A stretch of DNA of 64,000 bases, from NCBI GenBank assembly GCA_964537215.1, contig CAZIBI010000002.1, forward strand, positions 1 through 64,000. Reading direction: 5' to 3'. The stretch comes from an uncultured Ignavibacteria bacterium (GTDB lineage: Bacteria > Zixibacteria > MSB-5A5 > CAIYYT01). Shown here in pieces: positions 21,897 through 31,139 of the stretch. Each line of letters starts with the position of its first letter. The stretch's first letter is position 1. Below the pieces are notes generated by a model. It saw only the letters and a program-made list of their open reading frames with translations. It ran no database searches and was not told the origin of the DNA. A program made the position numbers and the translations under genes.

Positions 21897-23192
21897 TTGA
21901 CGATTGAAGCCAATCGACATCCACGGGGATTCTGGTTCGTATTTTGGGGCGAACTCGCAGAGCGCGCGAGCTTCTACGGCATGAAAGCGCTCCTCGTGCT
22001 CTACATGATTGACGAATTGGGGTATTCCGACGCCAATAGCGCGACAGTGGCTTCGTTCTTCACGGCAGCGTGCTATCTCTTGCCGATCGCCGGCGGATAC
22101 ATCGCCGACCGCTGGTTGGGAAAATTCCGCACCATCATCTACTTCGCGATTCCCTACATCATGGGGCACATCATCCTTGGAACATTCAATTCCGAGATTG
22201 GTCTGTACGTGGCGCTGGCATTGCTTGCCGGCGGATCAGGTTCGATAAAGCCGAACATCAGCACGCTGATGGGCAAGATGTACGAAGAACAGGGGAAGAG
22301 CCATCTGCTTTCCCAGGCGTTTTCCTGGTTCTACATGTCGATCAACATCGGCGCCGCGTCGACAATCACTGTGCTACCGTTTATTCGCGACCACTACGGT
22401 TATGGACCTGCATTCATGGCGCCAACGATTCTGATGGTTGTCGCTCTGGGGATCTTCTATCTCGGCAAGAAGCACTATCCGAAAGAGGATTTGCGGGGGC
22501 GAGCTGCTGAAGTACCAAGCCCGCTTCAGCGCCACGAGCGCAACGCCGTGTTGATTCGCCTATCCGGGCTCTTTCTGCTCATCGTCTTCTTTTGGTCGGT
22601 CTTTGACCAGTCCTATTCTACGTGGACGTTGTTTGCGCGCGACTACATGGTGCTCGATACTTGGTTTGGACGAATTCCCCCTGATGCCATCCAGGGTCTC
22701 AATCCAATATTGATCGTTCTGATGACGCCGCTCTTCGCGTGGATCTGGGCAAAAACGGATCGCGACAAAACCAATCCATTGTCTTCGCCGCGCAAGATGC
22801 TCTTCGGTTTTATCTTGGTTGTTTTGTGTATGGGCCTCATGTCCGTCGCCGGATACTTGGCAATGGATGCGAAGGTCTCGATCCTGTGGGAAGCCGGCGC
22901 CTATATCCTGATGACGGCCGCCGAACTGTGCATTTCGGCAATCGGATTACAGCTGGCGTTCGAAGAAGCGCCTGATAGTATGAAGTCGATGATCACCGGC
23001 GTCTTCTGGTTCACTGTGTTCCTCGGAGATATTCTTGCCGGTTTGTTCGCGCGTTTCTATACGCAGACAACACCGGGAAATTTCTTCGCAGTCATGACCG
23101 TGATGATAATCGTCGTGACTGTCGCATTCTACCATGTGGGTAAGCGATTCGAGCGAAAACGAGACCTTGCGCCGCGACCGGGAACAGTGTGA
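21897..23192 (+). CDS. POT/PTR2-family proton-dependent oligopeptide transporter (MFS)
   Basis: ERASFYGMKALLVLYM signature near the N-terminus, about 12 TM segments. TTG start with GGGAGAA SD. At 431 aa it is somewhat short for the family. Confidence 0.7.
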   Translation: MTIEANRHPRGFWFVFWGELAERASFYGMKALLVLYMIDELGYSDANSATVASFFTAACYLLPIAGGYIADRWLGKFRTIIYFAIPYIMGHIILGTFNSEIGLYVALALLAGGSGSIKPNISTLMGKMYEEQGKSHLLSQAFSWFYMSINIGAASTITVLPFIRDHYGYGPAFMAPTILMVVALGIFYLGKKHYPKEDLRGRAAEVPSPLQRHERNAVLIRLSGLFLLIVFFWSVFDQSYSTWTLFARDYMVLDTWFGRIPPDAIQGLNPILIVLMTPLFAWIWAKTDRDKTNPLSSPRKMLFGFILVVLCMGLMSVAGYLAMDAKVSILWEAGAYILMTAAELCISAIGLQLAFEEAPDSMKSMITGVFWFTVFLGDILAGLFARFYTQTTPGNFFAVMTVMIIVVTVAFYHVGKRFERKRDLAPRPGTV

Positions 23193-23256
23193 GGCAGACA
23201 ATTCCCCCTCGTGTCCGCCGCAACTTAACCCTAAATTGCCAACCGCCTTCCACTCT

Positions 23257-23294
23257 GCGGGAGTGGCGAAATTGGTGGACGCAAGGGACTTAAG
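23257..23294 (+). pseudogene. tRNA-Leu(UAA)-like 5' half (acceptor 5' strand, D-arm, anticodon 5' stem and loop); no 3' half
   Basis: Matches bacterial tRNA-Leu(UAA) through GGACTTAA and then diverges. Slightly mutated relative to copies 2 and 3. Confidence 0.6.
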
Positions 23295-23434
23295 AAGCAA
23301 ACCTGACGAAAACACATGCGAATGACACGCAACGCATTCCCTTCCGCGAAAAAGGGAAGAGGCGCAATTAGTAATGTGCTGCTTTGGATCGACTTCGACA
23401 ACTTTGGATTCTGCGTAGTCACAAATCGGTCACA
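23257..23434 (+). repeat. 178-bp direct repeat, copy 1 (tRNA-Leu 5'-half-like head + GTCACA-N5-GTCACA tail)
   Basis: Conserved head GCGGGAGTGGCGAAATTGGTGGACGCAAGGGACTTAAGAAGCAAACCTGACGAAAAC. Conserved tail TTTGGATCGACTTCGAC...GTAGTCACAAATCGGTCACA. The middle is variable. Confidence 0.8.
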
Positions 23435-23539
23435 GACGCTTCTCTGAGTCTGTATTCATAATTTGAACCAACCTCAAAGAGATCGTGTACAAACTATCGA
23501 CGCCAGGTAAAAACACATCGATCTCTTGTAGGAGCGCGT

Positions 23540-24691
23540 TTGAAGCAGTTCGCGAATGAAAACCATAAATTAATCGTCGAGAAATCACAGGAGCTAAACA
23601 ATCTTACGCTCGGTCGGCGCAGTGTCGCGCAGAGATTGGAGTTGATCAAACTTTACGGCTCCCATTCCTTGGCGTATGCGACACTACAGACCGACTCCTG
23701 TGGAAATCCGCTTCTCGAATATTTCGACACAGATGATGGTTTCCTGGCGTTTTCGACGACGCACTGTTTTGGCACGCGCCAAATCGTACTAGGCGAGCCA
23801 ATTTGTTCGCACGACGACATGGAAGGCATGCTGGCGGCATTTATCAAAAGGTACCCAAGAGCTGTGTTTCTTCAGATTGGCGAGTTTGTCGGTCGTTGTC
23901 TCGAAAAACTCGGCTTCCTCGTCAATAGATTTGGCACAGAGACTATTCTCGACATCGAGAGCTTTTCCCTGAAAGGACTTAGGCGCCAGGACATCCGCAC
24001 GCTACTAAACCGTGCTCACCGAGGCTGTGTCGAAGTCAGGACGTTGCCGAATGTCGACGAATCCCCGCTCGACGTCGAGCAAGTAAGTTTTGAGTGGCTG
24101 CAGAGCCGAGTAGTTCGATCCAGCGAGCTGCGGTTCATGGTAAGGCCGGTACTTCACACAGGGGAGCCTTATGTTCGCAGGTTATATGCATTCGCGAGAG
24201 AGAAATTGGTGGGCTTCGCTTACTATGATCCGATATTTCGAAGTGGGAGAATTGTCGGATATCACGCGATGACGAATCGTTTCTCAGCGAGCGCTCCCGG
24301 GGGCACTTCCTACCTTCTCGATGTCACCATGGCAGCGCTGCTCAAAGACGAAGGAGTCCCACATCTTGCGTTGGGATTTGCTCCATTCTCTCGCGTTGGC
24401 GAACGAGAGTTGTTTCGACACAGTTGGGTTGCGAAGAGATCATTTTCGTTCAACTATTCTTGTTTGAACTCGCTCTATAATTTCAGGGGCCAGGACCTTC
24501 GCAAGCGCAAATTCTGCGGGCGCAGTTTGCCGCTCTACTTCGCGTCAAAGGGGCGTCTCCTGCGCCCATTCGTGGATTTGCTTTCCACTTGCAGAGTAAG
24601 CAACTTCCGCATCGGAGGTCAGATACTGCAGGCTGTCGGGATCCATAACAGAGTATCCGCGGAATTGCCTTCCACTACTGGCGTTTGTTGA
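23540..24691 (+). CDS. DUF2156-like protein (related to the C-terminal aminoacyl-tRNA-dependent domain of MprF/LysX-type phospholipid aminoacyl transferases)
   Basis: 383 aa; overall resemblance to the DUF2156/GNAT-like fold. TTG start with AGGAG SD. Moderate confidence. Confidence 0.45.
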   Translation: MKQFANENHKLIVEKSQELNNLTLGRRSVAQRLELIKLYGSHSLAYATLQTDSCGNPLLEYFDTDDGFLAFSTTHCFGTRQIVLGEPICSHDDMEGMLAAFIKRYPRAVFLQIGEFVGRCLEKLGFLVNRFGTETILDIESFSLKGLRRQDIRTLLNRAHRGCVEVRTLPNVDESPLDVEQVSFEWLQSRVVRSSELRFMVRPVLHTGEPYVRRLYAFAREKLVGFAYYDPIFRSGRIVGYHAMTNRFSASAPGGTSYLLDVTMAALLKDEGVPHLALGFAPFSRVGERELFRHSWVAKRSFSFNYSCLNSLYNFRGQDLRKRKFCGRSLPLYFASKGRLLRPFVDLLSTCRVSNFRIGGQILQAVGIHNRVSAELPSTTGVC

Positions 24692-24867
24692 GTGCGTTCG
24701 TGACAGGACAGCCGGCTATCCATTCGCAACAGACTGCGCGTCGTCCGGCGCATTCAAATGATAGGCAAAGCAACTATTGGAGTGAGTGTCCCTCGATGGC
24801 AACTTCATTACGACATTCTGTTACGTTAAGTTAGAATCAGAGCCATGCGGAAACGAGAGTTCGTCTG

Positions 24868-26205
24868 ATGCATTCTGATCCCATCGCACCAGTGCTTTTG
24901 ATGCTCATGGTCATCCTCGCGGCAGCGAAAATCTGCGGTGAGATCAGCGAGCGCCTCGGTCAGCCGTCGGTCTTGGGCGAGCTACTCGCGGGCATCCTGT
25001 TGGGGAATATCGTCCTTCTGAATCCAGACTGGACGCTTTTTGAATCGTTGCGCGAATCAGCGATTTCTGTAGAACCCGCCGTAATTGTCGACGCTCTCGC
25101 GCGCCTGGGCGTCATTCTGCTTCTGTTTGAAGTTGGACTCGAATCGACCGTGGCTGAGATGAAAAATGTCGGCAAGGCATCGCTTTGGGTGGCTGCTGCA
25201 GGAGTCATCGCTCCCTTCATTCTCGGATTCGGAGCGAGTTGGTTGTTCATATCGGAAGTGCCGAGTGACATTGCAAGGTTGGTTCCGGCTGATTTCGGGG
25301 TTATTAATATTCATATTTTCATAGGCGCCACTCTTTGTGCTACCAGCGTGGGAATAACGGCACGAGTATTCAAAGACTTAGGCAAACTTCAAATTCGCGA
25401 GGCAAAAATCATACTCGGAGCGGCGGTAATCGACGATGTCCTGGGTTTGATCATTCTGGCTGCGGTGTCTGCAATTGTAGCTTCCGCTATGACCGGTGCG
25501 CCGCTTAGCGCATTCGGGCTTGCGCGAATTGCCGTGATTTCGATCGGTTTCCTGGTTCTGTCGATTTTCGTCGGAGTGAAACTCATTCCGCGTATTATGA
25601 CACTTCTTGCCAAGCTCCGATCCGATGGAATCATGGTTATCTCTGCGCTGTTGTTCTGCTTTTTGCTTTCGTGGCTAGCCGACGAAGCCGGACTGGCCGC
25701 GATCGTTGGCGCATTTGCGGCGGGATTGATTCTCGAAGAAGTGCACTTCCGAGACTTCCGCGAACGAATATCGATGCATGAACTCATCCGACCGATAACA
25801 ACATTTTTTGTCCCAATCTTCTTCGTATTGATGGGAATCCGAGTTCGGCTCGAGATGTTTGCATCGCTCCAAGTGCTCGGGCTGGCAGCAGCTTTGACAA
25901 TTGCGGCAATTATCGGAAAGCAGATTTGCGGACTCGCAATCAGAGAAAAGGGCATCGATAAGATTAGTATCGGCGTCGGGATGATACCGCGTGGGGAAGT
26001 GGGACTGATCTTTGCAGGCATTGGTAAGAGCCTGAATGTGGTTGACGACGCCCTATTTTCGGCAATTGTGATTATGGTCACTCTAACGACTTTTGCTGCT
26101 CCACCGATCCTAAGATGGTCGCTCGGTCGCTGGGAAAAAAAGCATGCAAGCGCTGACGGTTCGTCGACACAGGCCTCTCCTCCAGAATCTCCTCCAACGA
26201 AATAA
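24868..26205 (+). CDS. Cation:proton antiporter (CPA2/Kef-type Na+(K+)/H+ exchanger)
   Basis: 445 aa, about 12 TM helices, Na_H_exchanger-type conserved D/E and GxxG patterns. Confidence 0.8.
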   Translation: MHSDPIAPVLLMLMVILAAAKICGEISERLGQPSVLGELLAGILLGNIVLLNPDWTLFESLRESAISVEPAVIVDALARLGVILLLFEVGLESTVAEMKNVGKASLWVAAAGVIAPFILGFGASWLFISEVPSDIARLVPADFGVINIHIFIGATLCATSVGITARVFKDLGKLQIREAKIILGAAVIDDVLGLIILAAVSAIVASAMTGAPLSAFGLARIAVISIGFLVLSIFVGVKLIPRIMTLLAKLRSDGIMVISALLFCFLLSWLADEAGLAAIVGAFAAGLILEEVHFRDFRERISMHELIRPITTFFVPIFFVLMGIRVRLEMFASLQVLGLAAALTIAAIIGKQICGLAIREKGIDKISIGVGMIPRGEVGLIFAGIGKSLNVVDDALFSAIVIMVTLTTFAAPPILRWSLGRWEKKHASADGSSTQASPPESPPTK

Positions 26206-26325
26206 TCTGCACAATTGGGGAGTCGTTTTAGCTTTATCCACTTCCCACCTTTGGCAATTAAACCATTGTTGTACATACTGATAGATAGGCAATCTGCGGC
26301 TTTACGGGTTTCCCCAAAAAATACT

Positions 26326-26378
26326 TGACAAATTGCTTTCTGTACCGATAATTTGTATACGAATGATGTGTATGCAAA
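26326..26378 (+). promoter_or_regulatory. Sigma70-like promoter (TTGACA-18-TAATTT) overlapped by the inverted repeat TTTGTATAC-N9-GTATGCAAA (candidate MarR operator)
   Basis: Read directly from the sequence upstream of the MarR gene. Confidence 0.35.
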
Positions 26379-26439
26379 TTATAGGAGAGGATGATTGCTC
26401 CAGTGAGGCATACGCATGGAGCACGGGAGGAGTTTCAGA

Positions 26440-27069
26440 GTGAGCGATCCCAAGCCCACAGGCATAGAGGGCGGACCGGCTGAGGCAGATGCACAGCTTA
26501 AGAGCGACTCAAGCGGCAGCAATGCAAATTCTAATGATTCGGCGCACGCTTTGCCGGTTGATATGCAGCCGCCTTATGAGCTGCATGTTTTGAAATCTCT
26601 TCGTCGGATCATCAGGGCTCTTGACCTCTATTCGCGGAGACTTAAGGGCAGCTATGGTCTGACAGTGCCGCAGCTGGTGTGTTTGTCAGTGATTGCAAAG
26701 GATGGACCTATTTCATCGATCGCGCTTTCACAACAAGTGCAGCTAAGTCCCAGCACCATTGTGGGCATTTTGGATCGCCTGCAGAAAATGGAACTAGTCA
26801 AGAGAGTGAGAAGCGTCACCGACCGCAGACTGGTCATAATTACAGCTTCCGAACGTGGGGAAGAAGTGGTTAACGGGGCACCTTCACCACTGCAAGACAG
26901 TCTGACTATTGCTTTAAAGAACCTTCCCGCTACGGAGCAGGAGACCATTGCCAGATCGCTGGGAAGAGTCGTTGAGCTTATGCAAGCACAGGATATTAGG
27001 GTGGCACCGATTCTCACGTTGGAGAAGAACGACTTCTCCATGAATGGAGCGCAAGGAAAGCAAAAGTAA
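26440..27069 (+). CDS. MarR-family transcriptional regulator
   Basis: wHTH core LTVPQLVCLSVIAKDGPISSIALSQQVQLSPSTIVGILDRLQKMELVKRVRSVTDRR. GTG start with GGGAGGAG SD; the ORF track extends upstream to 26416. Confidence 0.75.
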   Translation: MSDPKPTGIEGGPAEADAQLKSDSSGSNANSNDSAHALPVDMQPPYELHVLKSLRRIIRALDLYSRRLKGSYGLTVPQLVCLSVIAKDGPISSIALSQQVQLSPSTIVGILDRLQKMELVKRVRSVTDRRLVIITASERGEEVVNGAPSPLQDSLTIALKNLPATEQETIARSLGRVVELMQAQDIRVAPILTLEKNDFSMNGAQGKQK

Positions 27070-27096
27070 TCTTTGACTATTGGTCAGGAGGTGTCA

Positions 27097-27789
27097 ATGT
27101 TAAGGGGAGTCAAGAAAGTATTAGGATACAAAGTCAGTTCGAACGAGGGGCGTTGCGGTGTGGTGCACGATTTTCTTTTTGACGACCGGTTTTGGAAGCT
27201 AAGCCACTTGGTCGTAAGAATCTCGCTGCCGCAGAAATCACTCCGCCTGTTCCAGCTATCTGCCAAAACTCCCGCGACTGCGATTGCTGAAGCGAACACT
27301 CTAATGCTAAAAGCCAATTCCTCTGCAATACTGTCATCGCCGTCGATCGAGGCTAACCCGCCCGTGTGTCGCCAGCGTAAGCAAGAACTATCGAAACTAA
27401 AGACAGGCGTTACTTCGCACAGCAACGATCAGCCGGATTTCCCGTCCTCAGGGCAGTTGACTCCCGTACCGATGAATCCGAGCTCTCCGAATCCCTCGAC
27501 TCCAGAGTCCGCGAAGGAGGAAACCAGATGGAATCCTCACCTTAGGAGTGTCCGGGAGGTTATTGGTTACCGGATACGAGCGCAAGACGGTCGTGCCGGA
27601 GTCTTGGAGGATCTCATTTCCGATGAGTTTGATTTTTCGATTCGCTACCTGGTCGTCCGAACGCAGCGATTCCTGCTCCGCAAGAGAGTGATCGCAACCC
27701 CAATTGAAGTGAAAGGAATTAGCTGGGACACAGCGACGGTCGATGTCTCGGTGGACCGGCGAGCTTTGCGTCAGCGTCATCCAGTATAG
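27097..27789 (+). CDS. Tandem PRC-barrel domain protein
   Basis: Two PRC-barrel-like units (VLGYKVSSNEGRCGVVHDFLFDD..., VIGYRIRAQDGRAGVLEDLISDE...) separated by a Pro/Ser-rich linker. ATG with GGAGG SD. Confidence 0.65.
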   Translation: MLRGVKKVLGYKVSSNEGRCGVVHDFLFDDRFWKLSHLVVRISLPQKSLRLFQLSAKTPATAIAEANTLMLKANSSAILSSPSIEANPPVCRQRKQELSKLKTGVTSHSNDQPDFPSSGQLTPVPMNPSSPNPSTPESAKEETRWNPHLRSVREVIGYRIRAQDGRAGVLEDLISDEFDFSIRYLVVRTQRFLLRKRVIATPIEVKGISWDTATVDVSVDRRALRQRHPV

Positions 27790-28019
27790 GTGGCGCTGGC
27801 TGAAGACATGTTCGCTTGAAGGCGCAGTAATTCGATTTGCCTTGGCAAGAGAAGTCGGGTCGGTCAATTGGAATTCTTCATTACTTCTCGGGGTTGTGAG
27901 TAACCCTGCCAATCGCGCATCGAAGTGCCAAGCGAATAGTCAGTTGTATTGCCGGCGATTGAACTCCTTGTGGAAAAATGTCGGTGCGGTCCGCTTCGAC
28001 GGAGAAAGGAGAAATAGAA

Positions 28020-28400
28020 ATGACACAGGCCATAACAACCAGAAGCGTAGCACTTTCTGCACAGTCCAAGCGCGTTCTTACGAGTGTCACACGGCATTTG
28101 GAAGCGTTTTTTCGCAGGGTGCTTAGAATCGAATGGACGATCGATACCAGTGGCCGCGGCATAGAGGTCCATTTGAAAGTACATGCGCGCTCCGGGCACT
28201 ATCGCGCACATTGTTGCGTGAACGATGTGGACGCGGGAATTCGCTTAGCAGCTGATCGGGTTGAACGCCAAAGGCGCAGAAAGAAGAAAATCGACTTGCG
28301 AGAGAAGCGTCGGTCGATCTTGTCTCCGAAAGCACGTTTGGCGAAGACCAGCAATACAGGCAAGAGCGCCGGAAATGTCCTTCGTGACTGGCAAAGCTGA
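28020..28400 (+). CDS. hpf: Ribosome hibernation-promoting factor / RaiA-family (short HPF)
   Basis: Beta-alpha-beta-beta-beta-alpha pattern with the conserved AIDxxxDxxERQ..K tail (DAGIRLAADRVERQRRRKK). AAAGGAGAAA SD. Confidence 0.6.
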   Translation: MTQAITTRSVALSAQSKRVLTSVTRHLEAFFRRVLRIEWTIDTSGRGIEVHLKVHARSGHYRAHCCVNDVDAGIRLAADRVERQRRRKKKIDLREKRRSILSPKARLAKTSNTGKSAGNVLRDWQS

Positions 28401-28440
28401 TTCGCCGCAAGGACCGCAGCACGGAAGGAAGTGACACGCG

Positions 28441-29541
28441 ATGAATCTCGATACTTCAGTTGCCGCCAATACTCCGATCGACTGGCTGGTTGCACTCTTG
28501 GTGCCGCTGGTAGCGAGCGGAATAGTCTGGTTGATTCGGTTCTATGTCAAGAAGCGACTGGCGGTATTAGCAGCAGCGACTGACAATGTCCTGGATGACA
28601 TCCTGGTAGATCTCATCGGCGGCGTCAATCTGTTCATCGTATTTGTCGTTGTCGCCTTCATGTCTTCGCGAGCCCTCGTGTTGCCGGAATCCCTGGTTCC
28701 GATTATCAAGACTCTAGCTATTATCGCAGCCTTCGCGCAAGTGGCAATCTGGGGAAACGGTCTGATCTCGATGTTTCTGAATCGCGCCCAAATGAATGAG
28801 GGTTCGCAGCGAATCAATCCATCGGCGCGCAGAGCCATGGGATATCTTGGTCGGCTAGTTCTGTGGACACTAGTAGGTGCACTATTGCTGGAAAACCTGG
28901 GAGTCCAACTAAGCGCATTACTTGCCGGTGTCGGAATCGGCGGCATCGCACTCGCTCTGGCCGCGCAAAATGTCTTGGGAGACATCTTCTGCTATGTCGC
29001 CATCATTCTCGATAAGCCGTTCATCGCCGGTGACTTTGTTATCGTGGGCGAGATGATGGGGACGATCGAGCGGATTGGAATCAAAACAACGCGGGTTAGA
29101 TCGCTTTTCGGCGAACAATTGGTTTTCTCAAATCATGATTTAGTCACAAGCAGATTGCGGAATTACAAGACTATGAGTCAGAGGCGAGTAGTTTTCAGCT
29201 TCGGAGTCGCATACGAAACGCCTGTCGAATCAGTCAAGGGAATTCCGGAAATGACGCGCGAAATAATTTCTTCGATTGAGAGTACGAGATTTGATCGAGC
29301 CCACTTCGCCAAATTTGGTGACTTTAGCCTGGATTTTGAGATTGTGTACTACATTCTCGACAGCGACTACAATCGCTACATGGATATTCAACAACGGATC
29401 AATGTTGAATTGATGAAGCGCTTCAGGGACGAGGGAATCGAGTTCGCATATCCGACCCAGTCGCTTTATCTCAAGCGGCCGGAACGAATAGTAAGGGAGG
29501 CGCCGCCGTTGGTCGCGGAGGAAAGTGATGGGTACAATTGA
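28441..29541 (+). CDS. Small-conductance mechanosensitive channel (MscS family)
   Basis: TM3 pore-helix-like LALAAQNVLGDIFCYVAIILDKPFIAGDFV followed by the MscS beta-domain. The stop overlaps the downstream start. Confidence 0.85.
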   Translation: MNLDTSVAANTPIDWLVALLVPLVASGIVWLIRFYVKKRLAVLAAATDNVLDDILVDLIGGVNLFIVFVVVAFMSSRALVLPESLVPIIKTLAIIAAFAQVAIWGNGLISMFLNRAQMNEGSQRINPSARRAMGYLGRLVLWTLVGALLLENLGVQLSALLAGVGIGGIALALAAQNVLGDIFCYVAIILDKPFIAGDFVIVGEMMGTIERIGIKTTRVRSLFGEQLVFSNHDLVTSRLRNYKTMSQRRVVFSFGVAYETPVESVKGIPEMTREIISSIESTRFDRAHFAKFGDFSLDFEIVYYILDSDYNRYMDIQQRINVELMKRFRDEGIEFAYPTQSLYLKRPERIVREAPPLVAEESDGYN

Positions 29542-29711
29542 ATAGGAATAAATCAGATGGTGATATAGGGTTCGACCGCGGGCTAGATGTTGAAGCACCG
29601 CGACTCGAACCGCAAGGTTTATCTTTGGAAAATCCAATCGCAAATTTCGAGAGCAATACTGTGCATACCGCGGCGGGCCTCGCCGCCAGGATCGAGGCGG
29701 TTGCACGCGGT

Positions 29712-31139
29712 ATGAAGCTGATCGTGGTGTCGAACCGAGAGCCATGTATTCATGAGCGAACCGGACAGGGACTGCGAATTGTGAGACCGGCAAGCGGCAT
29801 GGTAACGGCGCTGGAACCGATTGTGCGGGCGGTCGGCGGAACATGGGTTGCCCATGGATCCGGTAGCGGCGATCGCAACGTCGTCGATGCTCGGGATCGC
29901 GTAGTCATTCATGCTAATGAACAGCAATACACGCTTCGGCGAGTCTGGTTGACGCGACAGGAGGAAGAGGGATATTATTATGGGCTATCCAACAGTGCGC
30001 TGTGGCCCCTGTGTCACATTGTGTACCAGATGCCCGAATTTCGCAAGAGCGATTGGGACCAGTACCTCGCAGTAAACGAGAAATTCTGCCAGGCTGTTCT
30101 TGAGGAAGCGGAGGGGGGACCAGCGATTGTCTTTATTCAAGACTATCAGCTCGGACTACTTTCGCGCCTGTTAAGAAATCGTCGAAGCGATCTCGTACTG
30201 GTACAGTTTTGGCACATCCCTTGGCCAAATCGGGAGGCCTTCCGCGTTTTTCCGTGGGGCGAACAACTGCTTGACGGGCTTTTAGGCAACGACATATTGG
30301 GTTTCCACATTCAGTATCACTGCAATAATTTCATGGACACTATCGATCGCGGAATTGAGGCCAAAGTTGATTACGAACATTTTCGCATTTTTCGCGGCGG
30401 TCGTCCAACCTCGATTCGTCCGTTTCCGATTAGTGTTGACTCGGCGCAGATAGAATCAGATTCGCATTTGCCCCGTGTTGATGAAAAGATCCTTGAATTT
30501 AGCGCTGCTATCGGTTACGCCCCCGGCAATCGAAGGTTGTTTGTCGGCGCTGACCGGATCGACTACACGAAGGGAATTCTTGAACGATTAAAGGCTCTTG
30601 ACGTCTTGATGCAACAACATCCGGAACTTCGCGGGAATATTAGTTTCATGCAGTTGGCCGCACCCAGCCGCACCCACATTGATGTATATCGTGACCTTAA
30701 TGATCGGATAGAAGATCTGGTTGACGACATAAACTGGCGCCATCAAACTGACGAATGGCAGCCCATCCATTACCTCAGAGCTCAACACGACTATTATGCG
30801 GTTTTAGCCGCCTACCGGATGGCTGATGTTTTATTGACCACGTCGTTGCATGACGGCATGAATTTGGTCGCCAAGGAATTTATTTCCACCAAGAGTGATA
30901 ACAGCGGAGTTCTCGTGCTTTCTCAATACACCGGGGCTGCCCGGGAAATGCCCGATGCCCTTTTAGTAAATCCGTTCGATGTCGAGGATCTTGCCGCAGC
31001 CATGTATGCGGCCTGCACGATGTCGGAGACCGAAATTAGTCAACGGATGTCGCGCCTTAGAGACCAACTAACTAATAACAATGTCTATTCTTGGGGAGCA
31101 AAAATCTTCGACGAGATTAGAAAGGTGCTTCCGCAATGA
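29712..31139 (+). CDS. otsA: Trehalose-6-phosphate synthase-like GT20 glycosyltransferase (OtsA; could also be a glucosylglycerol-phosphate synthase)
   Basis: GT20 architecture (KLIVVSNREP..., IQDYQL, FWHIPWP, C-terminal GMNLVAKE). An alternative TTG start at 29538 overlaps the MscS stop. Confidence 0.75.
   Translation: MKLIVVSNREPCIHERTGQGLRIVRPASGMVTALEPIVRAVGGTWVAHGSGSGDRNVVDARDRVVIHANEQQYTLRRVWLTRQEEEGYYYGLSNSALWPLCHIVYQMPEFRKSDWDQYLAVNEKFCQAVLEEAEGGPAIVFIQDYQLGLLSRLLRNRRSDLVLVQFWHIPWPNREAFRVFPWGEQLLDGLLGNDILGFHIQYHCNNFMDTIDRGIEAKVDYEHFRIFRGGRPTSIRPFPISVDSAQIESDSHLPRVDEKILEFSAAIGYAPGNRRLFVGADRIDYTKGILERLKALDVLMQQHPELRGNISFMQLAAPSRTHIDVYRDLNDRIEDLVDDINWRHQTDEWQPIHYLRAQHDYYAVLAAYRMADVLLTTSLHDGMNLVAKEFISTKSDNSGVLVLSQYTGAAREMPDALLVNPFDVEDLAAAMYAACTMSETEISQRMSRLRDQLTNNNVYSWGAKIFDEIRKVLPQ

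Noticed and set aside
23257-23540. Group I intron-containing tRNA-Leu(UAA), as in cyanobacteria, for the tRNA-like heads
   Set aside because: The break falls in the anticodon loop as in those introns, but no 3' exon (AAAATCCCT..., T-arm GGTTCGAATCC, acceptor 3' strand) follows within hundreds of bp in any copy. The conserved part of the insert is far too short for a group I core.
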